NCBI GenBank assembly: GCA_964016885.1
Contig: OZ024759.1
Span: 20,522,001-20,586,000 of the forward strand
DNA: 64,000 nt
Direction: 5' to 3'
Source of the DNA: Eledone cirrhosa
Lineage: Eukaryota
How positions within the stretch are numbered: the first letter of the stretch is position 1; every line of letters starts with the position of its first letter. Made by a program: the position numbers and the translations under genes. Positions 1-12,000 of the stretch are shown one piece after another. Under the pieces are notes generated by a model, which ran no database searches, was not told where the DNA came from, and worked only from the letters and a program-made list of their open reading frames with translations.

Positions 1-3000
1 GGTCGTTCCGTTCGGTTCGGGTCGGTCATTTGGTTCGGCTCGGTTCGGTTCGGATCGGTCATTCGGTTCGGATCGGGTCGGTCATTCGGTTCGGGTCGGT
101 CATTCGGTTCGGCTCTGTCATTCAGTTCGGTTCGGTTCGGGTCAGTTATTCGGTTCGGTTCGGGTCGGTCTTTCGGTCGGTCATTCGGTCGTTCCGTTCG
201 GTTCGGGTCGGTTCGGATCGGTCATTCGGTTCGGTTCGGGTCGGTCATTCGGTTCGGTTCGGCTAGGTCATTCGGTTCGGTTCGGCTCGGTCGTTCGGTT
301 CGGCTCGGTCATTCGGTTCGGCTCGGTCGTTCGGTTCGGTTCGGTCGTTCGGTTCGGTTCGGTTCAGGTCTTTCATTCAGTTCGGCTCGGTCATTCGGTT
401 CGGTCGTTCCGTTCGGTTCGGTCGTTCCGTTCGGTTCGGTCGTTCGGTTCGGTCGTTCCGTTCGGTTCGGTCGTTCGGTTCGGTTCGGTTCGGGTCGGTC
501 ATTCGGTCGGTTCGGATTGGTCATTCGGTTCGGATCGGCCATTAGGTCGGTCATTCGGTTCGGTTTCGGTCGATCATTCGGTTCGGCTCGGTCATTCGGT
601 TCGTCTCGGTTCGGTTCGGATCTGTCATTCAGTTCGGTTCGGATCAGGTCGGTCATTCGGTTTGGTTCGGGTCGGTCATTCAGTTCGGTTCGGATCAGGT
701 CGGTCATTCGGTTTGGTTCGGTTCGGTTCGGCTCGGTCATTCGGTTCGGTCGTTCCGTTCGGGTCGGTCATTCGGTCGTTCCGTTCGGTTCGGTCATTCG
801 GTTCGGATCGGTCATTCAGTTTGGTTCGGCTCGGTCATTCAGTTCGGTTCGGTCGTTCCGTTCGGTTCGGTTTAGGTCGGTCATTCGGTTCGTTTCGGTT
901 CCGGTCGATCATTCGGTTCGGCTCGGTCATTCGGTTCGGTCGTTCCGTTCGGTTCGGTTCCGGTCGATCATTCGGTTCGGTTTGGATCGGGTCGGTCATT
1001 CGGTTCGGTTCCGGTTTGGTCATTCGGTCAGTCATTCGGTTCGATTCGGGTCGGTCATTCGGTTCCGTTCGTGTCGGTTCGGTCGTTCCGTTCAGTTCGG
1101 TTCAGGTCGGTCATTTGGTTCGTTTCCGGTCGATCATTCGGGTCGGTTCGGTCGTTCCGTTCGGTTCGGTTCGGTCATTCGGTCGGTCATTCGGCTCGGT
1201 TCGGATCGGGCCGGTCATTCGGTTCGGTTCGGGCCGGTCGTTCGGTTCGGGTCGGTCATTCGGTTCGGTTCGGCTCGGTCATTCGGTTCGGTCGTTCCGT
1301 TCGGTTCGGTCGTTCGGTTCGGTTCCCGTCGATCATTCGGTTCGGGTCGGTCATTCGGTCGGTCGTTCGGTTCGGGTCGGTCATTCGGTCGGTTCGGATC
1401 GGTCATTCGGTTCGGATCGGTCATTCGGCTCGGTTCGGATCGGTCTTTCGGTTCGGTTCGGATCGGTCATTCGGTTCGGTTCGGGTCGGTCATTCGGTTC
1501 GGGTCGGTCATTCGGTTCGGTTGGGCTCGGTCGTTCGGTCGTTCCGTTCGGTTCGGTTCAGGTCGGACATTCGGTTCGTTTCAGCTCGGTCATTCGGTTC
1601 GGTCGTTCCGTTCGGCTCGGTTCGGTTCGGTTCCCGTCGATCATTCGGTTCGTGTCGGTTCGGTCGGTCGTTCGGTTCGGGTCGGTGATTCGGTCGGTTC
1701 GGATTGGTCATTCGGTTCGGATTGGTCATTCGGTTCGGATCGGTCATTCGGTTCGGATCGGGTCGGTCATTCGGTTCGGTTCCGGTTTGGTCATTCGGTT
1801 CGATTCGGGTCGGTCATTCGGTTCGGTTCGGTTTGGGTCGGTCATTCGGTTCGGTTCGGGTCGGTCATTCTGTCGTTCCGTTCGGTTCGGTTCGAGTCGG
1901 TCATTCGGTTCGGATCGGTCATTCGGTTCGGTTCGGATCGGGTCGGTCATTCGGTTCGGTTCGGGTCGGTCATTTGGTTCGGTTCGTGTCGGTCATTCGG
2001 TTCGGTTCGGTCGTTCCGTTCGGTTCGGTCGTTCCGTTCGGTTCGTTTCCGGTCGTTCCGTTCGGTTCGTTTCCGGTCGGTCCGTTCGGTTCGTTTCCGG
2101 TCGGTCATTCGGTTCGGATCTGGTCGGTCATTCGGTTCGGTCCGTGTCGGTCATTTGGTTCGGTTCGGTCGTTCCGTTCGGTTCATGTCGGTCATTCGGT
2201 TCGTTTCGGTTCCGGTCGATCATTCGGTTCGTTTCGGTTCCGGTCGATCATTCGGTTCGGCTCGGTCATTCGGTTCGGTCGTTCCGTTCGGCTCGGTACG
2301 GTTTGGGTCGGTTCGGTCGTTCCATTCGTTTCGGGTCGGTCATTCGGTCGGTTCGGATTGGTCATTCGGTTCGGATCGGTCATTAGGTCGGTCATTCGGT
2401 TCGGTTCGGATCGGGTCGGTCATTCGGTTCGGTTCCGGTTTGGTCATTCGGTCGGTCATTCGGTTCGATTCGGGTCGGTCATTCGGTTCCGTTCGGTTTG
2501 GGTCGGTCATTCGGTTCCGTTCGGGTCGGTCATTCGGTTTGGTTCGGTCGTTCCGTTCGGTTCGGTTCAGATCGGTCATTCGGTTCGTTTCCGGTCGATC
2601 ATTCGGATCGGTTCGGTCGTTCCGTTCGGTTCGGGTCGGTCATTCGGTCGGTCATTCGGTTGGTTCGGATCGGTCATTCGGTTCGGATCGGTCATTCGGT
2701 TCGGTTCGGATCGGGTCGGTCATTCGGTTCGGTTCCGGTTTGGTCATTCGCTCGGTCATTCGGTTCGATTCCGGTCGGTCATTCGGTTCGTTTCCGGTCG
2801 GTCATTCGGTTCGTTTCGGGTCGGTCATTCGGTTCGGTTCGGTCATTCGGTTCGGTTCGTGTCGGTCGTTCCGTTCGGTTCGGTTCAGGTCGGTCATTCG
2901 GTTCGTTTCGGTTCCGGTCGATCATTCGGTTCGTTTCGGTTCCGGTCGATCATTCGGTTCGGCTCGGTCATTCGGTTCGGTCGTTCCGTTCGGCTCGGTT

Positions 3001-6000
3001 CGGTTCGGTCGTTCCGTTCGGCTCGGTTCGGTTCGGTCGTTCCGTTCGGCTCTGTTCGGTTCGGTTCCCGTCGATCATTCGGGTCGGTTCGGTCGGTCGG
3101 TTCGGTCGTTCCGTTCGTTTTGGGCCGGTCATTCGGTTCGAATCGGTCATTCGGTTCGGTTCGGATCGGATCGGTCATTCGGTTCGGTTCGGGTCGGTCA
3201 TTTGGTTCGGTTCGGTTCGTGTCGGTCATTCGGTTCGTTTCCGGTCGGTCATTCGGTTCGTTTCCGGTCGGTCATTCGGTTCGTTTCCGGTCGGTCATTC
3301 GGATCGGGTCGGTCATTCGGTTCGGTTCGGCTCGGTCATTCGGTTCGGTTCGTGTCGGTCATTTGGTTCGGTTCGGTCGTTCCGTTAGGTTCGGTTCAGG
3401 TCGGTCATTCGGTTCGTTTCGGTTCCGGTCGATCATTCGGTTCGGCTCGGTCATTCGGTTCGGTCGTTCCGTTCGGCTCGGTTCGGTTCGGTCGTTCCGT
3501 TCGGCTCGGTTCGGTTCCCGTCGATCATTCGGTTCGGGTCGGTTCGGTCGGTCGGTTCCGCCGTTCTGTTCGTTTCGGGTCGGTCATTCGGGTCGGTCAT
3601 TCGGTCGGTTCGGATTGGTCATTCGGTTCGGATCGGTCATTAGGTCGGTCATTCGGTTCGGTTCGGATCGGGTCGGTCATTCGGTTCGGTTCCGGTTTGG
3701 TCATTCGGTCGGTCATTCGGTTCGATTCGGGTCGGTTTGGGTCGGTCATTCGGTTCCGTTCGGGTCGGTCATTCGGTCGTTCCGTTCGGTTCGGCCGGTC
3801 ATTCGGTTCGGTTCGTGTCGGTCATTCGGTTCGGTTCGGTCGTTCCGTTCGGTTCGGTTCGGTTCAGGTCGATCATTCGGGTCGGTTCGGTCGTTCCGTT
3901 CGGTCGTTCCGTTCGGTTCGGGTCGGTCATTCGGTCGGTCGTTCGGTTCGGGTCGGTCATTCGGTTTGTTCGGATTGGTCATTCGGTTCGGATCGGTCAT
4001 TCGGTTCGGTTCGGGTCGGTCATTCGGTTCGGCTCGGTCATTCGGGTCGGTCATTCGGTTCGGCTCGGTCATTCGGTTCGGTCGTTCCGTTCGGTTAGGT
4101 TCGGGTCGGTCATTCGGTCGTTCCGTTCGGTTCGGTCATTCGGTCGGTCATTCGGCTCGGTTCGGATCGGGCCGGTTGTTAGCTCGGTCATTCGGTTCGG
4201 TTCGTGTCGGTCATTTGGTTCGGTTCGGTCGTTCCGTTCGGTTCGTTTCAGGTCGGTCATTCGGTTCGTTTCGGTTCCGGTCGATCATTCGGTTCGGCTC
4301 GGTTCGGTCGTTCCGTTCGGTTCGGTCGTTCGGTTCGGTTCGGTCGTTCCGTTCGGCTCGGTTCGGTTCGGTTCCCGTCGATCATTCGGTTCGGTCGTTC
4401 CGTTCGGTTCGGTTCGGGTCGGTCATTCGGTCGGTTCGGATTGGTCATTCGGTTCGGATCGGTCATTAGGTCGGTCATTCGGCTCGGTTCGGTTCGGATC
4501 GGTCATTAGGTCGGTCATTCGGCTCGGTTCGGTTCGGTGGTTCGGTTCGGGTCGGTCATTCGGTTCGGGTCGGTCGTTCCGTTCGGTTCGGTCGTTCCGT
4601 TCGGTTCGGATCAGGTCGGACATTCGGTTCGTTTCGGTTCCGGTCGATCATTCGGTTCGGTTCAGCTCGGTCATTCGGTTCGGTCGTTCCGCTCGGTTCG
4701 GTTCGGTTCCCGTCGATCATTCGGTTCGTGTCGGTTCGGTCGGTCGTTCGGTTCGGGTCGGTCATTCGGTTCGGTTCGGGTCGGTCATTCGGTTCGGGTC
4801 GGTCGTTCCGTTCGGTTCGGTCGTTCCGTTCGGTTCGGATCAGGTCGGACATTCGGTTCGTTTCGGTTCCGGTCGATCATTCGGTTCGGTTCAGCTCGGT
4901 CATTCGGTTCGGTCGTTCCGCTCGGTTCGGTTCGGTTCCCGTCGATCATTCGGTTCGTGTCGGTTCGGTCGGTCGTTCGGTTCGGGTCGGTCATTCGGTC
5001 GGTTCGGATTGGTCATTCGGTTCGGATCGGTCATTAGGTCGGTCATTCGGTTCGGATCGGGTCGGTTCGGTTCCGGTTTGGTCATTCGGTCGGTCATTCG
5101 GGTCGGTCATTCGGTTCCGTTCGGTTTGGGTCGGTCATTCGGTTCGGGTCGGTCATTCGGTTCGGTCATTCTGTCGTTCCGTTCGGTTCGGTTCGAGTCG
5201 GTCATTCGGCCGGTCATTCGGTTCGAATCGGTCATTCGGTTCGGTTCGGATCGGGTCGGTCATTCGGTTCGGTTCGGGTCGGTCATTCGGTTCGGTTCGG
5301 GTCGGTCATTCGGTCGGTTCGGATTGGTCATTAGGTCGGTCATTCGGTTCGGTTCCGGTTTGGTCATTCGGTTCGGTTCGGGTCGGTCATTCGGTTCGGG
5401 TCGGTCATTCCGTTCGGTTCGGGTCGGTCATTCGGCTCGGTGATTCGGCTCGGTTCGGTTCGTTTCGGATCGGTCATTCGGTTCGGTTCGGGTCGGTCAT
5501 TCGGTTCGGCTCGGTCATTCGGTTCAGTCGTTCCGTTCGGTCATTCGGTCGGTCATTCGGCTCGGTTCGGATCGGGCCGGTCATTCGGTTCGGCTCGGTC
5601 ATTCGGTTCGGCTCGGTCATTCGGTTCGGTTCGTGTCGGTCATTTGGTTCGGTTCGGTCGTTCCGTTCGGTTCGTTTCGGTTCCGGTCGGTCATTCGGTT
5701 CGTTTCGGTTCCGGTCGATCATTCGGTTCGGTCGTTCCGTTCGGCTCGGTTCGGTTCCCGTCGATCATTCGGGTCGGTTCGATCGTTCCGTTCGGTTCGG
5801 TTCGGGTCGGTCATTCGGTCGGTCATTCGGTCGGTTCGGATTGGTCATTCGGTTCGGATCAGTCATTAGGTCGGTCATTCGGCTCGGTTCGGTTCGGATC
5901 GGGTCGGTCATTCGGTCGTTTCGTTCGGCTCGGTTCCGTTCGGTTCGGTTCGGGTCGGTCATTCGGTTCGGATCGGTCATTAGGTCGGTCATTCGGTTCG

Positions 6001-9000
6001 GATCGGGTCGGTCATTCGGTTCGGTTCCGGTTTGGTCATTCGGTCGGTCATTCGGTCGGTCATTCGGTTCGATTTGGGTCGGTCATTCGGTTCGGGTCGG
6101 TCATTCGGTTCGGTTCGGGTCGGTCATTCTGTCGTTCCGTTCGGTTCGGTTCGAGTCGGTCATTCGGCCGGTCATTCGGTTCGAATCGGTCATTCGGTTC
6201 GGATCGGGTCGGTCATTCGGTTCGGTTCGTGTCGGTCATTCGGTTCGGTCGTTCCGTTCGGTTCGTTTCGGGTCGGTCATTCGGTTCGTTTCCGGTCGGT
6301 CATTCGGTTCGTTTCGGGTCGGTCATTCGGTTCGGTTCGGTCATTCGGTTCGGTTCGTGTCGGTCGTTCCGTTCGGTTCGGTTCAGGTCGGTCATTCGGT
6401 TCGTTTCGGTTCCGGTCGATCATTCGGTTCGGCTCGGTCATTCGGTTCGGTCGTTCCGTTCGGCTCGGTTCGGTTCGGTCGTTCCGTTCGGCTCGGTTCG
6501 GTTCGGTCGTTCCGTTCGGCTCTGTTCGGTTCGGTTCCCGTCGATCATTCGGGTCGGTTCGGTCGGTCGGTTCGGTCGTTCCGTTCGTTTCGGGCCGGTC
6601 ATTCGGTTCGAATCGGTCATTCGGTTCGGTTCGGATCGGGTCGGTCATTCGGTTCGGTTCGGGTCGGTCATTTGGTTCGTTGCGGTTCGTGTCGGTCATT
6701 TGGTTCGGTTCGGTTCGTGTCGGTCATTTGGTTCGGTTCGGTTCGTGTCGGTCATTCGTTTCCGGTCGGTCATTCGGTTCGTTTCCGGTCGGTCATTCGG
6801 TTCGTTTCCGGTCGGTCATTCGGTTCGTTTCCGGTCGGTCATTCGGTTCGTTTCCGGTCGGTCATTCGGATCGGGTCGGTCATTCGGTTCGGTTCGGCTC
6901 GGTCATTCGGTTCGGTTCGTGTCGGTCATTTGGTTCGGTTCGGTCGTTCCGTTCGGTTCGGTTCAGGTCGGTCATTCGTTTCGTTTCGGTTCCGGTCGAT
7001 CATTCGGTTCGGCTCGGTCATTCGGTTCGGTCGTTCCGTTCGGTTCGGTCGTTCCGTTCGGCTCGGTTCGGTTCGGTCGTTCCGTTCGGCTCGGTTCGGT
7101 TCCCGTCGATCATTCGGTTCGGGTCGGTTCGGTCGGTCGGTTCCGCCGTTCCGTTCGTTTCGGGTCGGTCATTCGGGTCGGTCATTCGGTCGGTTCGGAT
7201 TGGTCATTCGGTTCGGATCGGTCATTAGGTCGGTCATTCGGTTCGGATCGGGTCGGTCATTCGGTTCGGTTCCGGTTTGGTCATTCGGTCGGTCATTCGG
7301 TTCGATTCGGGTCGGTTTGGGTCGGTCATTCGGTTCCGTTCGGGTCGGTCATTCGGTCGTTCCGTTCGGTTCGGCCGGTCATTCGGTTCGGTTCGGTCGT
7401 TCCGTTCGGTTCGGTTCAGGTCGATCATTCGGGTCGGTTTGGTCGTTCGGTTCGGTCGTTCCGTTCGGTTCGGTCGGTCGTTCGGTTCGGGTCGGTCATT
7501 CGGTTGGTTCGGATTGGTCATTCGGTTCGGATCGGTCATTCGGTTCGGTTCGGGTCGGTCATTCGGTTCGGCTCGGTCATTCGGTTCGGTCGTTCCGTTC
7601 GGTTAGGTTCGGGTCGGTCATTCGGTCGTTCCGTTCGGTTCGGTCATTCGGTCGGTCATTCGGCTCGGTTCGGATCGGGCCGGTTATTCGGTTCGGTTCG
7701 GCTCGGTCATTCGGTTCGGTTCGTGTCGGTCATTTGGTTCGGTTCGGTCGTTCCGTTCGGTTCGGTTCAGGTCGGTCATTCGGTTCGTTTCGGTTCCGGT
7801 CGATCATTCGGTTCGGTTCGGCTCGGTTCGGTCGTTCCGTTCGGCTCGGCTCGGTCATTCGGTTCGGTCGTTCCGTTCGGCTCGGTTCGGTCGTTCCGTT
7901 CGGCTCGGTTCGGTTCGGTTCCCGTCGATCATTCGGGTCGGTTCGGTCGTTCCGTTCGGTTCGGATTGGTCATTCGGTTCGGATCGGTCATTAGGTCGGT
8001 CATTCGGCTCGGTTCGGTTCGGATCGGTCATTCGGTTCGGATCGGGTCGGTCATTCGGTTCGGGTCGGTCATTCGGTTCGGTTCGGGTCGGTCATTCGGT
8101 TCGGTTCGGTCGTTCCGTTCGGTTCCGATCAGGTCGGACATTCGGTTAGTTTCGGTTCCGGTCGATCATTCGGTTCGGTTCAGCTCGGTCATTCGGTTCG
8201 GTCGTTCCGCTCGGTTCGGTTCGGTTCTCGTCGATCATTCGGTTCGTGTCGGTTCGGTCGGTCGTTCGGTTCGGGTCGGTCATTCGGTCGGTTCGGATTG
8301 GTCATTCGGTTCGGATCGGTCATTAGGTCGGTCATTCGGTTCGGTTCGGATCGGGTCGGTTCGGTTCCGGTTTGGTCATTCGGTCGGTCATTCGGGTCGG
8401 TCATTCGGTTCCGTTCGGTTTGGGTCGGTCATTCGGTTCGGGTCGGTCATTCGGTTCGGGTCGGTCATTCGGTTCGGGTCGGTCATTCTGTCGTTCCGTT
8501 CGGTTCGGTTCGAGTCGGTCATTCGGTTCGAATCGGTCATTCGGTTCGGTTCGGATCGGTCATTTGGTTCGGGTCGGTCATTCGGTTCGGTTCGGGTCGG
8601 TCATTCGGTTCGGTTCGGATTGGTCATTAGGTCGGTCATTCGGTTCGGTTCCGGTTTGGTCATTCGGTTCGGTTCGGGTCGGTCATTCGGTTCGGGTCGG
8701 TCATTCGGTTCGGGTCGGGTCGGTCATTCGGCTCGGTGATTCGGCTCGGTTCGGTTCGTTTCGGATCGGTCATTCGGTTCGGTTCGGGTCGGTCATTCGG
8801 TTCGGCTCGGTCATTCGGTTCAGTCGTTCCGTTCGGTCATTCGGTCGGTCATTCGGCTCGGTTCGGATCGGGCCGTTCATTCGGTTCGGTTCGGCTCGGT
8901 CATTCGGTTCGGCTCGGTCATTCGGTTCGGTTCGTGTCGGTCATTTGGTCCGGTTCGGTCGTTCCGTTCGGTTCGTTTCGGTTCCGGTCGGTCATTCGGT

Positions 9001-12000
9001 TCGTTTCGGTTCCGGTCGATCATTCGGTTCGGTCGTTCCGTTCGGCTCGGTTCGGTTCGGTTCCCGTCGATCATTCGGGTCGGTTCGATCGTTCCGTTCG
9101 GTTCGGTTCGGGTCGGTCATTCGGTCGGTCATTCGGTCGGTTCGGATTGGTCATTCGGTTCGGATCGGTCATTAGGTCGGTCATTCGAATCGGGTCGGTC
9201 ATTCGGTCGTTTCGTTCGGCTCGGTTCGGTTCGGTTCGGGTCGGTCATTCGGTTCGGATCGGTTATTAGGTCGGTCATTCGGTTCGGATCGGGTCGGTCA
9301 TTCGGTTCGGTTCCGGTTTGGTCATTCGGTCGGTCATTCGGTCGGTCATTCGGTTCGATTCGGGTCGGTCATTCGGTTCGGGTCGGTCATTCTGTCGTTC
9401 CGTTCGGTTCGGTTCGAGTCGGTCATTCGGCCGGTCATTCGGTTCGAATCGGTCATTCGGTTCGGATCGGGTCGGTCATTCGGTTCGGTTCGGGTCGGTC
9501 ATTCGGTTCGGTCGTTCCGTTCGGTTCGTTTCCGGTCGGTCATTCGGTTCGTTTCCGGTCGGTCATTCGGTTCGTTTCGGGTCGGTCATTCGGTTCGGTT
9601 CGGTCATTCGGTTCGGTTCGTGTCGGTCGTTCCTTTCGGTTCGGTTCAGGTCGGTCATTCGGTTCGTTTCGGTTCCGGTCGATCATTCGGTTCGTTTCGG
9701 TTCCGGTCGATCATTCGGTTCGGCTCGGTCATTCGGTTCGGTCGTTCCGTTCGGCTCGGTTCGGTTCGGTCGTTCCGTTCTGCTCGGTTCAGTTCGGTCG
9801 TTCCGTTCGGCTCGGTTCGGTTCGGTCGTTCCGTTCGGCTCTGTTCGGTTCGGTTCCCGTCGATCATTCGGGTCGGTTCGGTCGGTCGGTTCGGTCGTTC
9901 CGTTCGTTTCGGGCCGGTCATTCGGTTCGAATCGGTCATTCGGTTCGGTTCGGATCGGGTCGGTCATTCGGTTCGGTTCGGGTCGGTCATTTGGTTCGGT
10001 TCGGTTCGTGTCGGTCATTTGGTTCGGTTCGGTTCGTGTCGGTCATTTGGTTCGGTTCGGTTCGTGTCGGTCATTCGTTTCCGGTCGGTCATTCGGTTCG
10101 TTTCCGGTCGGTCATTCGGTTCGTTTCCGGTCGGTCATTCGGTTCGTTTCCGGTCGGTCATTCGGTTCGTTTCGGATCGGTCATTCGGTTCGGATCGGGT
10201 CGGTCATTCGGTTCGGGTCGGTCATTCGGTTCGGTTCGGTTCAGGTCGGTCATTCGGTTCGTTTCGGTTCCGGTCGATCATTCGGTTCGTTTCGGTTCCG
10301 GTCGATCATTCGGTTCGGCTCGGTCATTCGGTTCGGTCGTTCCGTTCGGCTCGGTTCGGTTCGGTCGTTCCGTTCGGCTCGGTTCGGTTCGGTCGTTCCG
10401 TTCGGCTCGGTTCGGTTCGGTCGTTCCGTTCGGCTCTGTTCGGTTCGGTTCCCGTCGATCATTCGGGTCGGTTCGGTCGGTCGGTTCGGTCGTTCCGTTC
10501 GTTTCGGGCCGGTCATTCGGTTCGAATCGGTCATTCGGTTCGGTTCGGATCGGGTCGGTCATTCGGTTCGGTTCGGGTCGGTCATTTGGTTCGGTTCGGT
10601 TCGTGTCGGTCATTCGTTTCCGGTCGGTCATTCGGTTCGTTTCCGGTCGGTCATTCGGTTCGTTTCCGGTCGGTCATTCGGTTCGTTTCCGGTCGGTCAT
10701 TCGGTTCGGGTCGGTCATTCGGTTCGGTTCGGCTCGGTCATTCGGTTCGGTTCGTGTCGGTCATTTGGTTCGGTTCGGTCGTTCCGTTCGGTTCGGTTCA
10801 GGTCGGTCATTCGGTTCGTTTCGGTTCCGGTCGATCATTCGGTTCGGCTCGGTCATTCGCTTCGGTCGTTCCGTTCGGTTCGGTTCGGTCGTTCCGTTCG
10901 GCTCGGTTCGGTTCGGTCGTTCCGTTCGGCTCGGTTCGGTTCCCGTCGATCATTCGGTTCGGGTCGGTTCGGTCGGTCGGTTCCGCCGTTCCGTTCGTTT
11001 CGGGTCGGTCATTCGGTCGGTTCGGATTGGTCATTCGGTTCGGATCGGTCATTAGGTCGGTCATTCGGTTCGGTTCGGATCGGGTCGGTCATTGGGTTCG
11101 GTTCCGGTTTGGTCATTCGGTCGGTCATTCGGTTCGATTCGGGTCGGTTTGGGTCGGTCATTCGGTTCCGTTCGGGTCGGTCATTCGGTCGTTCCGTTCG
11201 GTTCGGCCGGTCATTCGGTTCGGTTCGTGTCGGTCATTCGGTTCGGTTCGGTCGTTCCGTTCGGTTCGGTTCAGGTCGATCATTCGGGTCGGTTCGGTCG
11301 TTCGGTTCGGTCGGTCGTTCGGTTCGGTCGGTCGTTCGGTTCGGGTCGGTCATTCGGTTGGTTCGGATTGGTCATTCGGTTCGGTTCGGGTCGGTCATTC
11401 GGTCGTTCCGTTCGGTTCGGCCGGTCATTCGGTTCGGTTCGTGTCGGTCATTCGGTTCGGTTCGGTCGTTCCGTTCGGTTCGGTTCAGGTCGGTCGTTCG
11501 GTTCGGTCGTTCCGTTCGGTTCGGGTCGGTCATTCGGTCGGTCGTTCGGTTCGGGTCGGTCATTCGGTTGGTTCGGATTGGTCATTCGGTTCGGATCGGT
11601 CATTCGGTTCGGCTCGGTCATTCGGTTCGGTCGTTCCGTTCGGTTAGGTTCGGGTCGGTCATTCGGTCGTTCCGTTCGGTTCGGTCATTCGGTCGGTCAT
11701 TCGGCTCGGTTCGGATCGGGCCGGTTATTCGGTTCGGTTCGGCTCGGTCATTCGGTTCGGTTCGTGTCGGTCATTTGGTTCGGTTCGGTCGTTCCGTTCG
11801 GTTCGGTTCAGGTCGGTCATTCGGTTCGTTTCGGTTCCGGTCGATCATTCGGTTCGGTTCGGCTCGGTTCGGTCGTTCCGTTCGGCTCGGCTCGGTCATT
11901 CGGTTCGGTCGTTCCGTTCGGCTCGGTTCGGTTCGGTCGTTCCGTTCGGCTCGGTTCGGTTCGGTCGTTCCGTTCGGCTCGGTTCGGTTCGGTTCCCGTC

